A stretch of 64,000 bases of DNA from an uncultured Alphaproteobacteria bacterium (GTDB taxonomy: Bacteria; Pseudomonadota; Alphaproteobacteria; Rhizobiales; Hyphomicrobiaceae), in NCBI GenBank assembly GCA_963726555.1, contig CAVSCT010000021.1, forward strand, positions 373,302 to 437,301, given 5' to 3'. Position 1 is the first letter of the stretch. Every line of letters begins with the position of its first letter. The translations under genes were made by a program, and so were the position numbers. The notes beneath the pieces were generated by a model, which saw only the letters and a list, made by a program, of their open reading frames with translations, was not told the origin of the DNA and ran no database searches. Of this stretch, positions 1 to 11,301 are shown piece after piece.

Positions 1-232
1 GAGCTTTACGGCCCGGAACCCTATTGGGACAAAGGCTTGGACCTCGCCAAGCTCGCCCCCAGGCCTGCCTCCCCCAAGGTCGCGGCGGGCGGCAGCGGCA
101 AGCGCCCGCAGGCGGTTGCCTCGGCCCGCTGAAGCCTTGCAGGCGGGCAACATCGCCGCGCCACTATGCTGTGCTCCCTTGATCGCCGGCCGCAGTTTTG
201 CTGTTGTGGCTGCCGGACAGGGAGCGACCGCA

Positions 233-613
233 ATGAAACGGGCACTAAGTCTCGCGATATTGATCGCCGTCGCCGCGGGCGTCTCGCCCGCCTCGGCCCA
301 GGATGCCGGCAACGGCCAGAAGGTCTTCAACCGCTGCCGTGCCTGCCACGCCATCGGCCCCGGCGCGCATAACAAGGTCGGCCCCGCCCTCAATGGCATC
401 GTTGGACGCAAGGCCGGCGCGGCGGCCGGCTTCAACTATTCCGACGCCATGAAGCAACGGGCCGCCACGGGGCTGGTCTGGACCGAAGGCAACCTGCAGC
501 AGTTTCTCGACTCGCCCGACACCTTCCTGCCCAACGGCGTGATGGCGTACGCCGGCATCAAGAACGAGGCCGAGGTCAAGGACCTCATTGCTTTCCTCAA
601 GACCCAGAAGTAG
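233..613 (+). CDS. Class I cytochrome c (c2/c550-like) with signal peptide
   Basis: CRACH heme motif, KVGPALNG..GRKAG, distal Met (GVMAYAG); signal peptide MKRALSLAILIAVAAGVSPASA; GGAG upstream. Confidence 0.9.
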   Translation: MKRALSLAILIAVAAGVSPASAQDAGNGQKVFNRCRACHAIGPGAHNKVGPALNGIVGRKAGAAAGFNYSDAMKQRAATGLVWTEGNLQQFLDSPDTFLPNGVMAYAGIKNEAEVKDLIAFLKTQK

Positions 614-674
614 AGGTCGCCGCGAGGGCGGCGCCTGAACCTCGCGCATCAGCCCCAACGAGGCGGGCGCGCAG

Positions 675-1449
675 ATGACAAGCCAATCCCAGCGGCCGCG
701 CGTCGCGCTCTTCGTCACCTGCCTCGTCGATATCGTGCGCCCTTCCGTCGGCTTCGCGGCCGTTCGCCTGCTGGAAGCCGCCGGTTGCGACGTATTCGTG
801 CCGCAGGCGCAGACCTGCTGCGGCCAGCCGGCCTACAACAGCGGCGATCGCGACGCCGCGCGCGCCCTCGCGCTGCAGACGATCGCGGCCTTCGCGGGCT
901 TCGACTATGTCGTCGTGCCGTCGGGCTCGTGTGCGGCGATGCTCAAGGTGCATTACCCGCGGCTCCTGTCCGACGACGCCGAGGCCGGCGCGCGCGGCGC
1001 GCGGCTTCGCCGAGCGGGTGCACGAGCTCGTCTCCTTCCTGGTCGACGTGCGCAAGCTCGCAGCCGTGCCGGGCACGTTCGCCGGGCGCGTCACCTACCA
1101 CGACGGCTGCTCCGGCCTGCGCGAGCTCGAGCATCAAGCGCCAGCCGCGCGCGCTTCTGGCCGCAGCTCGCCGGTACCCGGCTCGATCGAGATGGCCGAG
1201 ACGGATTCCTGCTGCGGTTTCGGCGGCCTGTTCTCGCGTGAAGTATCCCGACATCTCCAACGCCATGGTGTCGAGGAAGGCGGCCAACGTCGCGGCGCCG
1301 AGGCAGAGCTGCTGCTGTCGGGCGAGCTCGGATGCCTCATGAACATCGCCGGCAAGCTGTCGCGCGCGAGGGCTCAGCCGTCCGCTGCCGGCACGTCGCC
1401 GAGGTGCTGGCCGGCGAGATGGCCGAGCCACCCATCGCTCAAGCGGTAG
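675..1449 (+). CDS. lutA: Lactate utilization Fe-S protein LutA/LldE (frameshifted in this assembly)
   Basis: VALFVTCLVD, QTCCGQPAYNSG, PSGSC, YHDGCSGLRE, CCGFGGLF motifs spread over several frames. Confidence 0.85.
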
Positions 1450-1453
1450 CCCC

Positions 1454-2881
1454 ATGAGCCCGGGCGGGTCGCCCTTCACCGTCCGCTCGGCGGCGGCCCT
1501 CGCCGACGAGCGGCTGCAGCGGGCGCTGGGCGACGTGCCCGGCGGCTTCGTCGCCGCGCGCGCGCGGGTGAAGGCCGCACTGCCCGAGTTCGAGGCGCTG
1601 CGGCGGGCCGGGCGCGATATCAAGGACCACGCGCTCGCGCACCTCGATCTCTACCTCGAAGAATTCGAGCGCAACGCGACGGCCGCCGGATCGAAGGTGC
1701 ATTGGGCTCAGACCGCAAGCCGATGCCTGCGACATCGTTCTCGGCATCTGCCGCGCGGCGGGCGCGCGCCTGGTGACCAAGAGCAAGTCCATGGTCTCCG
1801 AGGAGATCGGTCTCGACGCGCGGCTGGAGGCCTCCGCGCTGGAGTTGGTCGAGACCGACCTCGGCGAGTACGTCATCCAGATCCGCGGCGAGACGCCGAG
1901 CCACCTGATCGCACCGGCAATCCATCTCGGGCCGGCCGAGATCGCCGAGGATTTCCGCCGCCGCCACGATCACCTGGCGGCCGACCGCGACATGTCGAGC
2001 CCGGCGGCGCTGGTCGCCGAAGCGCGCGGCATCCTGCGCCCGAAGTTCCTCGGTGCCGACGTGGGCATTACGGGGGCAAACCTGCTCGCCGCCAAGACCG
2101 GCTCGGCCATCGTCGTGACGAACGAGGGCAACGCCGACCTGACAATGACGCTGCCGCGCGTGCACATCGTGCTCGCCTCCATCGAGAAAGTGGTGCCGAC
2201 GCTTGACTGACGCGTGGGTGCTGCTGCGGCTGCTGGCGCGCTCGGCCACCGGGCAGGAGTTCACCGCCTACACGACGCTTGTCACCGGCCCGCGGCGCGC
2301 TGGCGACGTTGACGGCCCGCAGGAGTGCCACGTCGTCCTCGTCGACAACGGGCGCTCGGAGCTGTTGGGCAGCGACATGCGCGAGGTGTTGCGCTGCATC
2401 CGCTGCGGGGCGTGCATGAACCATTGCCCGGTCTACTGCTCGGTCGGCGGCCACGCGTACGGCTCGATCTATGCGGGACCCATCGGCGCCGTGCTGTCGC
2501 CGGCGCTCGTGGGAGCGCACGCGGCGGGCGAGCTGGCGCAGGCCTCGACCTTCTGCGGCCGCTGCGAGCAGGTGTGCCCCGTGGAGATCCCGTTGGTGAA
2601 GCTGATGCGGCAGTGGCGCGAGCTGTCGATTCGGTGAGGCCGGCGCGGGGCGCGGCAAGGCGCTGCTGCGCGCGTGGGCATTCCTGGCGCGGCGGCCGCG
2701 GCTCTATCACGTCGCGACGCGCGCCGGCGTGTCGGTGCTGCGCGGTCTTGCGCGCGGGCGCGGCGCCTTCTCGCGGCTACCATTTGCGGGGGCGTGGACG
2801 CGCTACCGCGACCTGCCGGCGCCGCAGGGCCAAACGTTCCAGGCGCAGTGGGCGCGGCGGCAGCGGGAGGAGACGCCATGA
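1454..2881 (+). CDS. lutB: Lactate utilization Fe-S protein LutB/LldF (frameshifted)
   Basis: KSKSMVSEEIG, ETDLGEYVIQ, NEGNADL, CIRCGACMNHCPVY, STFCGRCEQVCPVEIP across three or more frames. Confidence 0.85.
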
Positions 2882-3562
2882 GCCGCGCGGCGATCCTCGC
2901 CAAGGTGCGCACGGCGCTTGAGGTCGAGCCGGCCGGCGATGCGGCGCGGCGCGCCAGCGTTGCGGCGCGGCTTGCCGGCGGCGGCCGCCATATCGTGCCG
3001 GCGCGCGGCCAGGTCGGCGCGCCTGAGCGCGTCGCGCTGTTGAGGACGTTCCTCGCGGCTCAGGGTACCGATCTGATCGAGGTCGATACCGCCGCCGAGA
3101 TACCGGCCGCGATCGCGGACTACCTGCGCGGCAGAAACCTTCCGCCGCGGCTGCGCATTGGATCGGATCCCTTCTTTCGCGGCGCTGCCGTGGACCGACG
3201 CTCTCGCGCGCGATACCGGCGCTGCTCTGGCTGGCGACACTGCCGGGCTGTCGCGTGCCCTTGCCGGCGTCGCCGAGACGGGCACGCTGGTGCTCGCCTC
3301 GGGTCCGCTCAATCCGACGACGCTGGCGTTGCTGCCGGAGACGCACCTAGTCGTTCTGCGTCGCGCGGCGATCGTCGGGGGCTATGAGGACGCAATGGCG
3401 CTGGTCGCGGCCGAGCTCGGCTCGGCCGACCTTCCGCACACGCTCAATCTCGTTTCGGGGGCGTCGCGCACCGGGGATATCGGCGGCAGGATCGTGATGG
3501 GCGCGCACGGGCCAAGCCGGCTCGCCGTCATTCTGGTCGGGGATAATGCGGGCAGCGATTGA
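2878..3562 (+). CDS. lutC: Lactate utilization protein LutC/LldG (LUD domain; frameshifted)
   Basis: MSRAAILAKVR start; AGVAETGTLV, LLPETHLV, SGASRTGDI..MGAHGP; ATGA overlap with lutB. Confidence 0.85.
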
Positions 3563-3607
3563 CGCTGGCGCGCGTACATTGCGCGCATTTACATGTACAT
3601 TGCGGCC

Positions 3608-3833
3608 TTATCGCTTGATGCAGCGCTGCATGCAGCTCGTAAACGCCGCCTCGCAGGCGGCGGAGCCTTTGGTGGCGATGCGGCACTGATTGTAGGCGCT
3701 GCGGCAGCTTCTCGCCGCAACCGCCCTCGGCTTCCGCCGTCTGGGTCGCCACCAGGCCGGAACCGGCCAGCAGCGCGGCGACAACGGCACCTGCGGCGAG
3801 CGCCCACAAGCTCCTGCGATCGATCACGTTCAT
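3608..3833 (-). CDS. Small exported six-cysteine peptide (one indel near 3710)
   Basis: Signal peptide with RR (MNVIDRRSLW...AEA) in one frame continues as CRSAYNQCRIATKGSAACEAAFTSCMQRCIKR in the adjacent frame; GGAG upstream. Confidence 0.6.
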
Positions 3834-3988
3834 CTCCCGTCGCCAGAAAGGGCGTGCGGCGAGCTATGCCCGGTGGCAATCCGTTTCAATGGATTCCGGC
3901 CTGTCCCTCACCCGCTTGCGGCGAGTTAAGGCTTCATAGCATGAACACAAGCTGAACCGCTGGGCCAGGGGCTTAGAAGGCATATTCT

Positions 3989-5360
3989 TCAAAGACATGG
4001 TCGATGTCGCCGCGCCAGGGCCCGTTGAATTTCGCGATCAGCTCGGTCGGCTAGCGTGCGGCCGCTTTGCACGACTTCCTCGAGCGGGTCGAGGTAGATG
4101 GATTCGTCCTGGCTGGCGGCGTTGATGCGCTGGCGCGCGACGCAAGCCGCGGCGCGAGATGCGCACAACGTCGCGGGCAATGTCCAGCACGGTGCCGGAT
4201 CGAAGCGGGTCGCGAGCGTCGCTCGCGGTACCTCGTTGCGCAAGCCCTCGCGCTCCTCCGCGGTCCAGTCCTTGACGAGCTCCCAGGCGGCATCGAGCGC
4301 CTGCGTCGTCGTAGAGCAGCCCGACCCAGAACGCCGGCAGCGCGCAGATGCGCTGCCAGGGCCCGCCGTCGGCGCCGCGCATCTCGAGGAAGCGCTTGAG
4401 CCGCACCTCGGGGAACAGCGTCGTCAGGTGGTCCGACCAGTCGTCGAGCGTCGGCGTCTCGCCCGGCAGCTGCGGCAGCTTGCCGTCGCAGGAAGTCGCG
4501 GAACGACGCGCCGGAGGCGTCGATGTAGCGGCCGTCGCGGTAGACGAAGTACATCGGCACGTCGAGCGCGTAGTCGACGTAGCGCTCGTAGCCCATGCCG
4601 TCCTCGAAGGCGAACGGCAGCATGCCGGTGCGGCGGCGGTCGGTGTCGCGCCAGACCTCGCTGCGCATCGACTTGAAGCCGTTGAGCTTGCCTTCGGTGA
4701 ACGGCGAGGAGGCAAACAGCGCCGTCGCGATCGGCTGCAGCGCCAGCGAGACGCGCAGCTTCTTGACCATGTCGGCTTCGTCGGCGAAGTCGAGGTTCAC
4801 CTGGATGGTCGCGGTGCGGTACATCATGTCGAGGCCGCGCGAGCCGACCTTCGGCATGTAGCGCGTCATGATCGCGTAGCGCTCCTTCGGCATGTGCGGC
4901 GTCTCGGCCAGCGTCCACTTCGGCGAGAAGCCGAGGCCGAGGAAGCCGATGCCGAGCGGCTCGCCGACGTTCAGCACCTCGTGCAGGTGGTCGTGCGTCT
5001 CCGCCGCCGTCTCGTGCAGCGTCTCGAGCGGCGCGCCCGACAGCTCGAACTGGCCGCCGGGCTCGAGGCTGATGTTGCCGCCCAGCTCGCCGTCCGGCGC
5101 GCTTCAGGGCGATGATCTTGTCGCCCTCCATGATCGGCTCCCAGCCGAAGCGGGCGATCAGCGCCTCCATCAGGGCGCGGATGCTGCGCTCGCCCTCGTA
5201 GGGCACCGGCGTCAGCGTGTCGGTGTGGAAGACGAACTTCTCGTGCTCGGTGCCGATCCGCCACTGAGTCTTGGGCTTCTCGCCGGCGGCGATCCAGCGC
5301 GACGAGGTCGTCGCGCGATCGCACGAGGTCGCTTGGCGCACCATCTTCACGTGTCGACAT
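3989..5360 (-). CDS. gshA: Glutamate--cysteine ligase, alphaproteobacterial/plant type (frameshifted)
   Basis: [66 protein letters not shown]. Confidence 0.9.
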
Positions 5361-5734
5361 TCAGCGGGCCTCGGCGTTCAGGTGCGGTCGAAGTCTTTGC
5401 AGATCCGGGGGTTGGCGGAAGCGGCGCAGCGCAATTGCCGCGGGCCCGCAGGCGCATACCCGCCACCCCTTGAGCTTTTCGAAACGCGAGCCTTTAAGGC
5501 CTCGACGTGGGGTGTGCAACCTGTCGTCCGCCCTGGCAGCGCGGCACATGCAGCTACCACAAAAAAACACTATTGCACGGGTCGAATTGTGTGCTGGATC
5601 GTTTTGTCGTCTCGACGGGATTGGCCGCTCACCGCCGTTGGTAGTTGCGCAATGCACAGGCGGGTCAGAAGTCAGTGTCATGCCAGTCGCTCGCACCGCT
5701 TTCGCCTTTGCTCACAACCCTATGGGAGACCACA

Positions 5735-6082
5735 ATGAAAAAGTTCCTGGCCGCTTGTGCCCTCTGCGGCCTTTTCGCCTCGCCGGTTCTCGCTCGCCAA
5801 CGCCGCGGTCGATACGGCGGTCAAGACCTTCGACGCGGTCGCGCAACGACGCCGCCAAGCTCAAGGTCTACTGCGAGATGAGCAAGGTGATGTCGTCGGC
5901 CGACGCCGAGGACGACAGCAAGGCCGAAGCCCTCGACAAGCAGATGGACGGGCTTCATGAAGGAGCTCGGCCCCGAGTTCCAGACCGCCTTCGAGGCCGG
6001 CGCCGATCTCGATCCGGAATCGGCCGACGGCAAGACCTACGACGCCGCCATGGACAAGCTCGACGACAAGTGCGGCAAGTAA
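5735..6082 (+). CDS. Exported hypothetical protein (frameshifted)
   Basis: Signal peptide MKKFLAACALCGLFASPVLA after GGGAG; high-GC3 codons continue through two indels to LDDKCGK*. Confidence 0.55.
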
Positions 6083-6162
6083 GCGCTGCGCCGTTCGCCG
6101 CGGCGGTTACGCTGCGAGGCTGCCCGCGAGGGCGGCCTCGTCCTGCGTGTCCGAGGCGCGTG

Positions 6163-6909
6163 CTAGCGCCAGTCGCCGAGCGCGGCGTTGACGAGCGCCA
6201 GCGCGGCCACTGCCGCCGTATCGGCGCGCATGATGCGCGGTCCGAGCGAGATCGGCAGCGCGAACGGATTGCTCCCGCAGCAGCGTCCGCTCGCTAGGCA
6301 TCGAAGCCGCCTTCGGGTCCGATGAGCACCGCGAGTGGGCGCCCCTCCAACGCTGCCAGCGCCGCGAGCGGGCTCGCGACCGTCGGCGGCCTCGTCGCAG
6401 AACATGAGCGCGCGCATCGGATCCCAGCCTGCGAGCACGGCTTCGAGCTTCGGGTGCTGCCCACCCTCGGTACCCGCAGCACGCCGCACTGCTCGGCCGC
6501 CTCGATGGCGTTGGCGCGCATGCGCTCGAGGTTGACGCGCGCGGCGATCGTGCGCCGCGTCAGCACCGGCTGCAGGCGCGCGACGCCCAGCTCGGTCGCC
6601 TTCTGCACCATGTAGTCGAGGCGCGCGTGCTTCAGCGGCGCGAAGAGGTAGTGAAGGTCGGGGCCCGACCGGCTTGCGGGCGAGTCTGCTCCACGCACTC
6701 GAGCGTGCAGCGGCGCTTGCCGACCGCCGGTGAGCGCGCGCGCGCCATTCGCCGTCGCGGCCGTTGAAGACCAGGATCTCCGCGCCGGCACCGAGCCGCA
6801 GCACGTTGAGGAGGTAGTTCGCCTGCTCTGGCGTGCAGTCGACGCGCTGCCCGGTCGCGAGCAGAGCCTCGAGAAACAGACGGTGCGCGGTGCGATCGTT
6901 GCCTGACAT
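6163..6909 (-). CDS. rsmE: 16S rRNA m3U1498 methyltransferase (frameshifted)
   Basis: YLLNVLRL..FNGRDGEW, MVQKATELGV, IEAAEQC, LIGPEGGF, SLGPRIMRADTAA. Confidence 0.9.
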   Translation of the reverse strand: MSGNDRTAHRLFLEALLATGQRVDCTPEQANYLLNVLRLGAGAEILVFNGRDGEWRARAHRRSASAAARSSAWSRLARKPVGPRPSLPLRAAEARAPRLHGAEGDRAGRRAPAAGADAAHDRRARQPRAHARQRHRGGRAVRRAAGTEGGQHPKLEAVLAGWDPMRALMFCDEAADGREPARGAGSVGGAPTRGAHRTRRRLRCLASGRCCGSNPFALPISLGPRIMRADTAAVAALALVNAALGDWR

Positions 6910-7028
6910 GTCGCCGTCTTAGCGAAATTCGCCGTTCTGTGCGATTGCCGCGCGGGCGGGCCACCGCTACGCTTCACCTGCACCCGGAGCCCCGACCGGA
7001 CATCTCTAGCCGGAAAGCCCCAGCCGAC

Positions 7029-7993
7029 ATGGCCGCGAGCCCCCTGCCGTCCGAGCGTTCCTCTCCCGTCGCCGACGCGCCCGCCGGCAACTGGGCCGAC
7101 CGCTATGCGCCGGAATACGCGCGCCCCTATCTGCGGCTTGCCCGCCTCGACCGCCCGATCGGGCTGTGGCTGCTCCTGCTGCCGTGCTGGTGGTCGGTCG
7201 GCCTCGCCGAGGTGGCGCTCGAGCGCCCCTATCCCAACCCGTGGCTGCTCACACTGTTTGCGGTCGGCGCCATCGTCATGCGTGCCGCCGGCTGCGCCTA
7301 CAACGACTACGTCGACCGCGACTATGACGCGCAGACCGAGCGCACGGCGAGCCGGCCCATCCCGTCGGGGCAGGTGACGCCCGGCGAGGCCCTGGCGTTC
7401 GCCGCCGTCTGCTCGTTCGTCGGGCTCTTGGTGCTGATCCAGTTCAACGCCTACACCATCAAGCTCGGCATGGCCTCGCTACTCCTCGTCGCCGTGTACC
7501 CGTTCCTGAAGCGCTTCACGCACTGGCCGCAGATCGCGCTCGGGCTTGTCTTCAACTGGGGCGCGCTCGTCGGCTGGAGTGCCGTCACCGGCTCGCTCGC
7601 GCTGCCGGCGCTGCTGCTCTACGCCGGCTCGGTGCTGTGGACGATGGGCTACGACACCATCTACGCCCACCAGGACCACGAGGACGACCTGCTGCTCGGG
7701 CTCAAGTCCACGGCGATCCGCTTCGGCGACGACACCATCACTGGGTCGGCGGGTTCTACGCCGGCGCCGTGCTGCTGTGGCTTATCGCGGGCTTCTTCGC
7801 CGGGACGCACCTCGTCTTCTTTCCTGCCGTGGTGCTGGTATCGCTGCAGATGGCCTGGCAGGTGACGACGCTCGACGTCACCGACCCCGCGAACTGCCTG
7901 CGGCGCTTCCGCTCCAACCGCGACGTGGGGCTCGTGATGTTTTTGGGCCTGGTCGCCGACATGGCCTTGTCGCGGTTCGCGGGGCTCAACTAG
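7029..7993 (+). CDS. ubiA: 4-hydroxybenzoate polyprenyltransferase (frameshift near 7740)
   Basis: RLDRPIG, GCAYNDYVDRDYD..RT..RPIPSG, YDTIYAHQD..DD..GLKSTA. Confidence 0.92.
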
Positions 7994-8285
7994 GGGCTGC
8001 GAAAGCTAATTCGGCTTGGACCCGGCCGTGCCGGAATCCAAGCCGATAACCATTCGCCCCGCCGTCGTCTTCAGAAGCCGTCTACTGCGACCGTATCACC
8101 AAGTATGCATTAAGCGCCTTCCCGGCAGTTTAAGAGATAGCGTAAATTCGCCGTAACCCGGCGGTCTGTTTTAGCGCCGCCGATCGAAAGCGAGAGCCAA
8201 GCGCATCGAGCTTGCACCAGCCCGCTCCTTCCGGCAGGAAACGCTTAAGGGCTGACGCAACGCTATCCGTGAGGGGACGAGCCCA

Positions 8286-8555
8286 ATGACTGCCGAGAAG
8301 AAACCGTCAAAGCAATTGCTGCACCTCGTGTTCGGCGGCGAGCTGACCACGCTCGACGGCATCGAATTCCGCGATCTCAAAGGCCTCGATATCGTCGGCA
8401 TCTATCCGAACTATGCCGAAGCCTTCGCCGCCTGGAAGGGGGCCGCGCAGCGCAGCGTCGACAACGCCATGATGCGCTACTTCATCGTCCATATGCACCG
8501 GCTGCTCGACCCCGAGCACCCGGCTGTGGCGGCCGACGCCCAGGCGCCATCGTGA
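8286..8555 (+). CDS. DUF4170-like small protein
   Basis: QLLHLVFGGEL...DIVGIYPNY..A..AW....VDNAMMRYFIVHMHRLLDP. Confidence 0.8.
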   Translation: MTAEKKPSKQLLHLVFGGELTTLDGIEFRDLKGLDIVGIYPNYAEAFAAWKGAAQRSVDNAMMRYFIVHMHRLLDPEHPAVAADAQAPS

Positions 8556-10370
8556 CGACGAACGGCACGCAAGCGATAAAGCCGGCGTCCAAGACGCTGG
8601 CGCTCGACGAGCATCAGCGCGGCCTTCTGAAACGGTTCTGTCGCGACTGGGTGGCGCCGCGCTGGCGCGAGCTGATCCGGGCGCTCGTCCTCACCGCGCT
8701 GCTCGCGGCCACGACTGGCGCCTACCCGATGATCATCAAAGCCTCCTTTGACACCCTGATGAAGGAGCAGAACTCGGCGCTGCCCTACGTGCTCGGCGCC
8801 ATCATCACCGTGACGATGCTGCGCAGCCTGTTCCTCTACCTGCAGACGGTCGAGACCAACCGCATCGTCATGCGCATGACGACGGACATGCAGAAGGTCG
8901 CGTTCGAGCATCTCGTGTGGTCGGACCTCGCGCGGCTGACTCGGGAGACGCCGGGCCGGCTCGTTTCGAAGCTCACGAACGACATCTCCTTTGTGCAGCA
9001 GGCAGCGCTCGCCGCGCTCAACACGGCCGTGCGCGACGTGCTGCTCCGTCATCGCGCTCGCCATCTCGATGTTCTATCTCGACTGGGTAATGTCGCTGAT
9101 CGTGCTGGGCGTCTACCCGATCGCGGCGCTCCCCATCGCGGCGATCAGCCAAAGGCTGCGGCGCGTCGCCAAACGCACGCAGAACGAGCTCGGCGACATG
9201 ACCTCGCTGTTGACCGAGAAGCTGTCGAGCGCGCGCCTGATCAAGACGTTCCGGCTCGAGACCTATGCCGCCGACCGCCTCAACCAGAGCTTCGAGCAGG
9301 TCTACGACTTGCGCATGCGGGCGGTTAAGGCGCGCGCGCGTCTCGATCCTATGCTGGAAGCCCTCGGCGGCCTAGCGGTGGCCGGCGTTATCGCATTTGC
9401 CTACTGGCGCATTGCCAGCGGCATCTCCACCGTCGGCGACTTCATGGGCTTCGTCACGGCGCTGCTGATGGCCTCGCAGCCGATCCGCGCGCTCGGCAAC
9501 CTGTCGGGGCGCATCAACGAGGGACTGGCCGCCGCCGAAAGCTTCTATGGCCTCGTCGACGAGCTGCCGCGTGTCGTGGATGCGCCGGGGGCCAAGCCGC
9601 TTGCGGTCGCCTCGAGCACGATCCGCTTCGACGACGTCGCCTTCGCCTACGACGAGCAGAAGGGCCTGCACGCGATCCAGCATTTCTCCCTCGTGGTGCC
9701 GGGTGGCAAGACGGTGGCGCTCGTCGGGCGCTCCGGTGCCGGCAAGTCCACCGTGCTGAACCTCGTGCCGCGGCTGTTCGACGTCACCGAGGGACGCATC
9801 ACGGTCGACGGCCAGGACGTGCGCGAGGTGACGCTCGCCTCGCTGCGCGATGCCATCTCCATCGTGGCGCAGGACGTGACGCTGTTCGACGACACCATCG
9901 GCGCCAACATCGCGCTGGGGCGGCTGGGCGCGCCGCAAGCGGCCATCGTCGCCGCCGCCAAGGCTGCCGCTGCCCACGATTTCATCATTGAGCAGCCTGA
10001 CGGCTATGCGACCCAGATCGGCGACCGCGGTTTGCGACTTTCAGGCGGCCAGCGCCAGCGCCTGGCGCTCGCCCGTGCGATCCTGAAGGATGCGCCGATC
10101 CTGCTGCTGGACGAGGCGACGAGCGCCCTCGACACCGAATCTGAGCGTCTCGTGCAGGCCGCGCTCGCCAAGTTCACCAGGAACCGCACGACGCTCGTCA
10201 TCGCGCACCGCCTATCGACCGTGCAGAACGCCGACCTCATCTGCGTCATGAAGCAAGGCACGATCGTCGAGACCGGCACCCACCGCGAGCTGCTGGCGGA
10301 GGGGGGCAGCTACGCCCGCCTCGTGCGCTCGCAGGCGCTGATCGACGAGAGCGTGGCACCGGGCACCTAG
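8552..10370 (+). CDS. msbA: MsbA-like ABC exporter, fused permease and ATPase (frameshift near 9045)
   Basis: TM domain, Walker A GRSGAGKST, LSGGQRQR, LLLDEATSALD; lies in the lipid A gene cluster. Confidence 0.75.
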
Positions 10371-10379
10371 AGGCGGCCG

Positions 10380-11117
10380 CTACTCGCGGCGCAGGATGCT
10401 GTCGACGATGCGGTTGGCCCAGCCCTTCGACTGGAACGTGCGCTTGAGCTCGTCGGGGTCGTAGACGGTGTCGACCCACTCGAAGAACGGCATGGGGCAC
10501 TTGGCGTTGTCGTCCAGGTACTTCTCGAAGAAGTAGTCGAGGATGCCGGTATGCGCCTGGCGGATGTGTCCGTACTTAAGCGAGAGCTCCTTCTTCGCCT
10601 CAATCAGCGGCACGCCCTCGTGCAAGAAGCGGTACAGCACGCTCATCAGGCCCGCGCGGTCGGCGCCCGACTTGCAATGCATGAGCATCGGGTACTCGAT
10701 CTCCTGGAACAGCCGGCGGGCGCCGGCAAGCTCCTCGCGCGTGGGTGCCGCGCGCGAGCGGATCTGGAAATTGACGAGCTTCAAGCCGTGGCGCGCGCAC
10801 GCTTCCTGTTCCAGCCAGTAGCTGCCGCACTGGCGCTCGCCGCGCAGGTTGACGATGGTGCGGACGCCCGCGCGCGCGAAGCGGCCGATGTGATGCGGCG
10901 CCGGCTGCGCCGAGCGCCACGCGTCGTCGGAGATCTTGTGCACGTTGGCGTAGGCCATCCGGAAGATGCCGTGGTCGACGAGCAGCATGTCGAGATAGCT
11001 CGCCGTGGGGCCGAGCCCGCGCCGCAGCCACTGAGGCGAGTGGCGCAGAACCGCTTCCCGCGTGCTTCCCGTCGCGCGTCGCCAGGAGCGCTTTGCCCGC
11101 TTCACAAATCCGGCCAT
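10380..11117 (-). CDS. Tyrosine/dual-specificity phosphatase family protein (Caulobacter CtpA-like)
   Basis: HCKSGADRAG (CX5R) active-site loop; divergent from the waaA-lpxK genes. Confidence 0.8.
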   Translation of the reverse strand: MAGFVKRAKRSWRRATGSTREAVLRHSPQWLRRGLGPTASYLDMLLVDHGIFRMAYANVHKISDDAWRSAQPAPHHIGRFARAGVRTIVNLRGERQCGSYWLEQEACARHGLKLVNFQIRSRAAPTREELAGARRLFQEIEYPMLMHCKSGADRAGLMSVLYRFLHEGVPLIEAKKELSLKYGHIRQAHTGILDYFFEKYLDDNAKCPMPFFEWVDTVYDPDELKRTFQSKGWANRIVDSILRRE

Positions 11118-11301
11118 AGGTCCGCTGAAATTCGATTGATCCGGGGATTAAGCAACCGAACGAGCCGGCAGCTACGGGCCAAGCTCACGCGCCCTAACGT
11201 CCCAGTTTGCCATCGCTAAATATTCGCTATAGGAACCAGCTGCAAGTGGTTCGCCCGCGGACCGCACGCGTGGAGCGTTTCGCGCCGAGGCACCCTACCG
11301 G

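Noticed and set aside
8142-8157. GTAA-N7-GTAAC resembling a CtrA box upstream of DUF4170/msbA
   Set aside because: Both half-sites deviate from TTAA; too weak to call
675-9060. Mass pseudogenisation or programmed frameshifting in lutABC, gshA, rsmE, ubiA, msbA
   Set aside because: Single-base indels hit housekeeping genes with otherwise intact motifs and cluster by region; best explained as consensus errors
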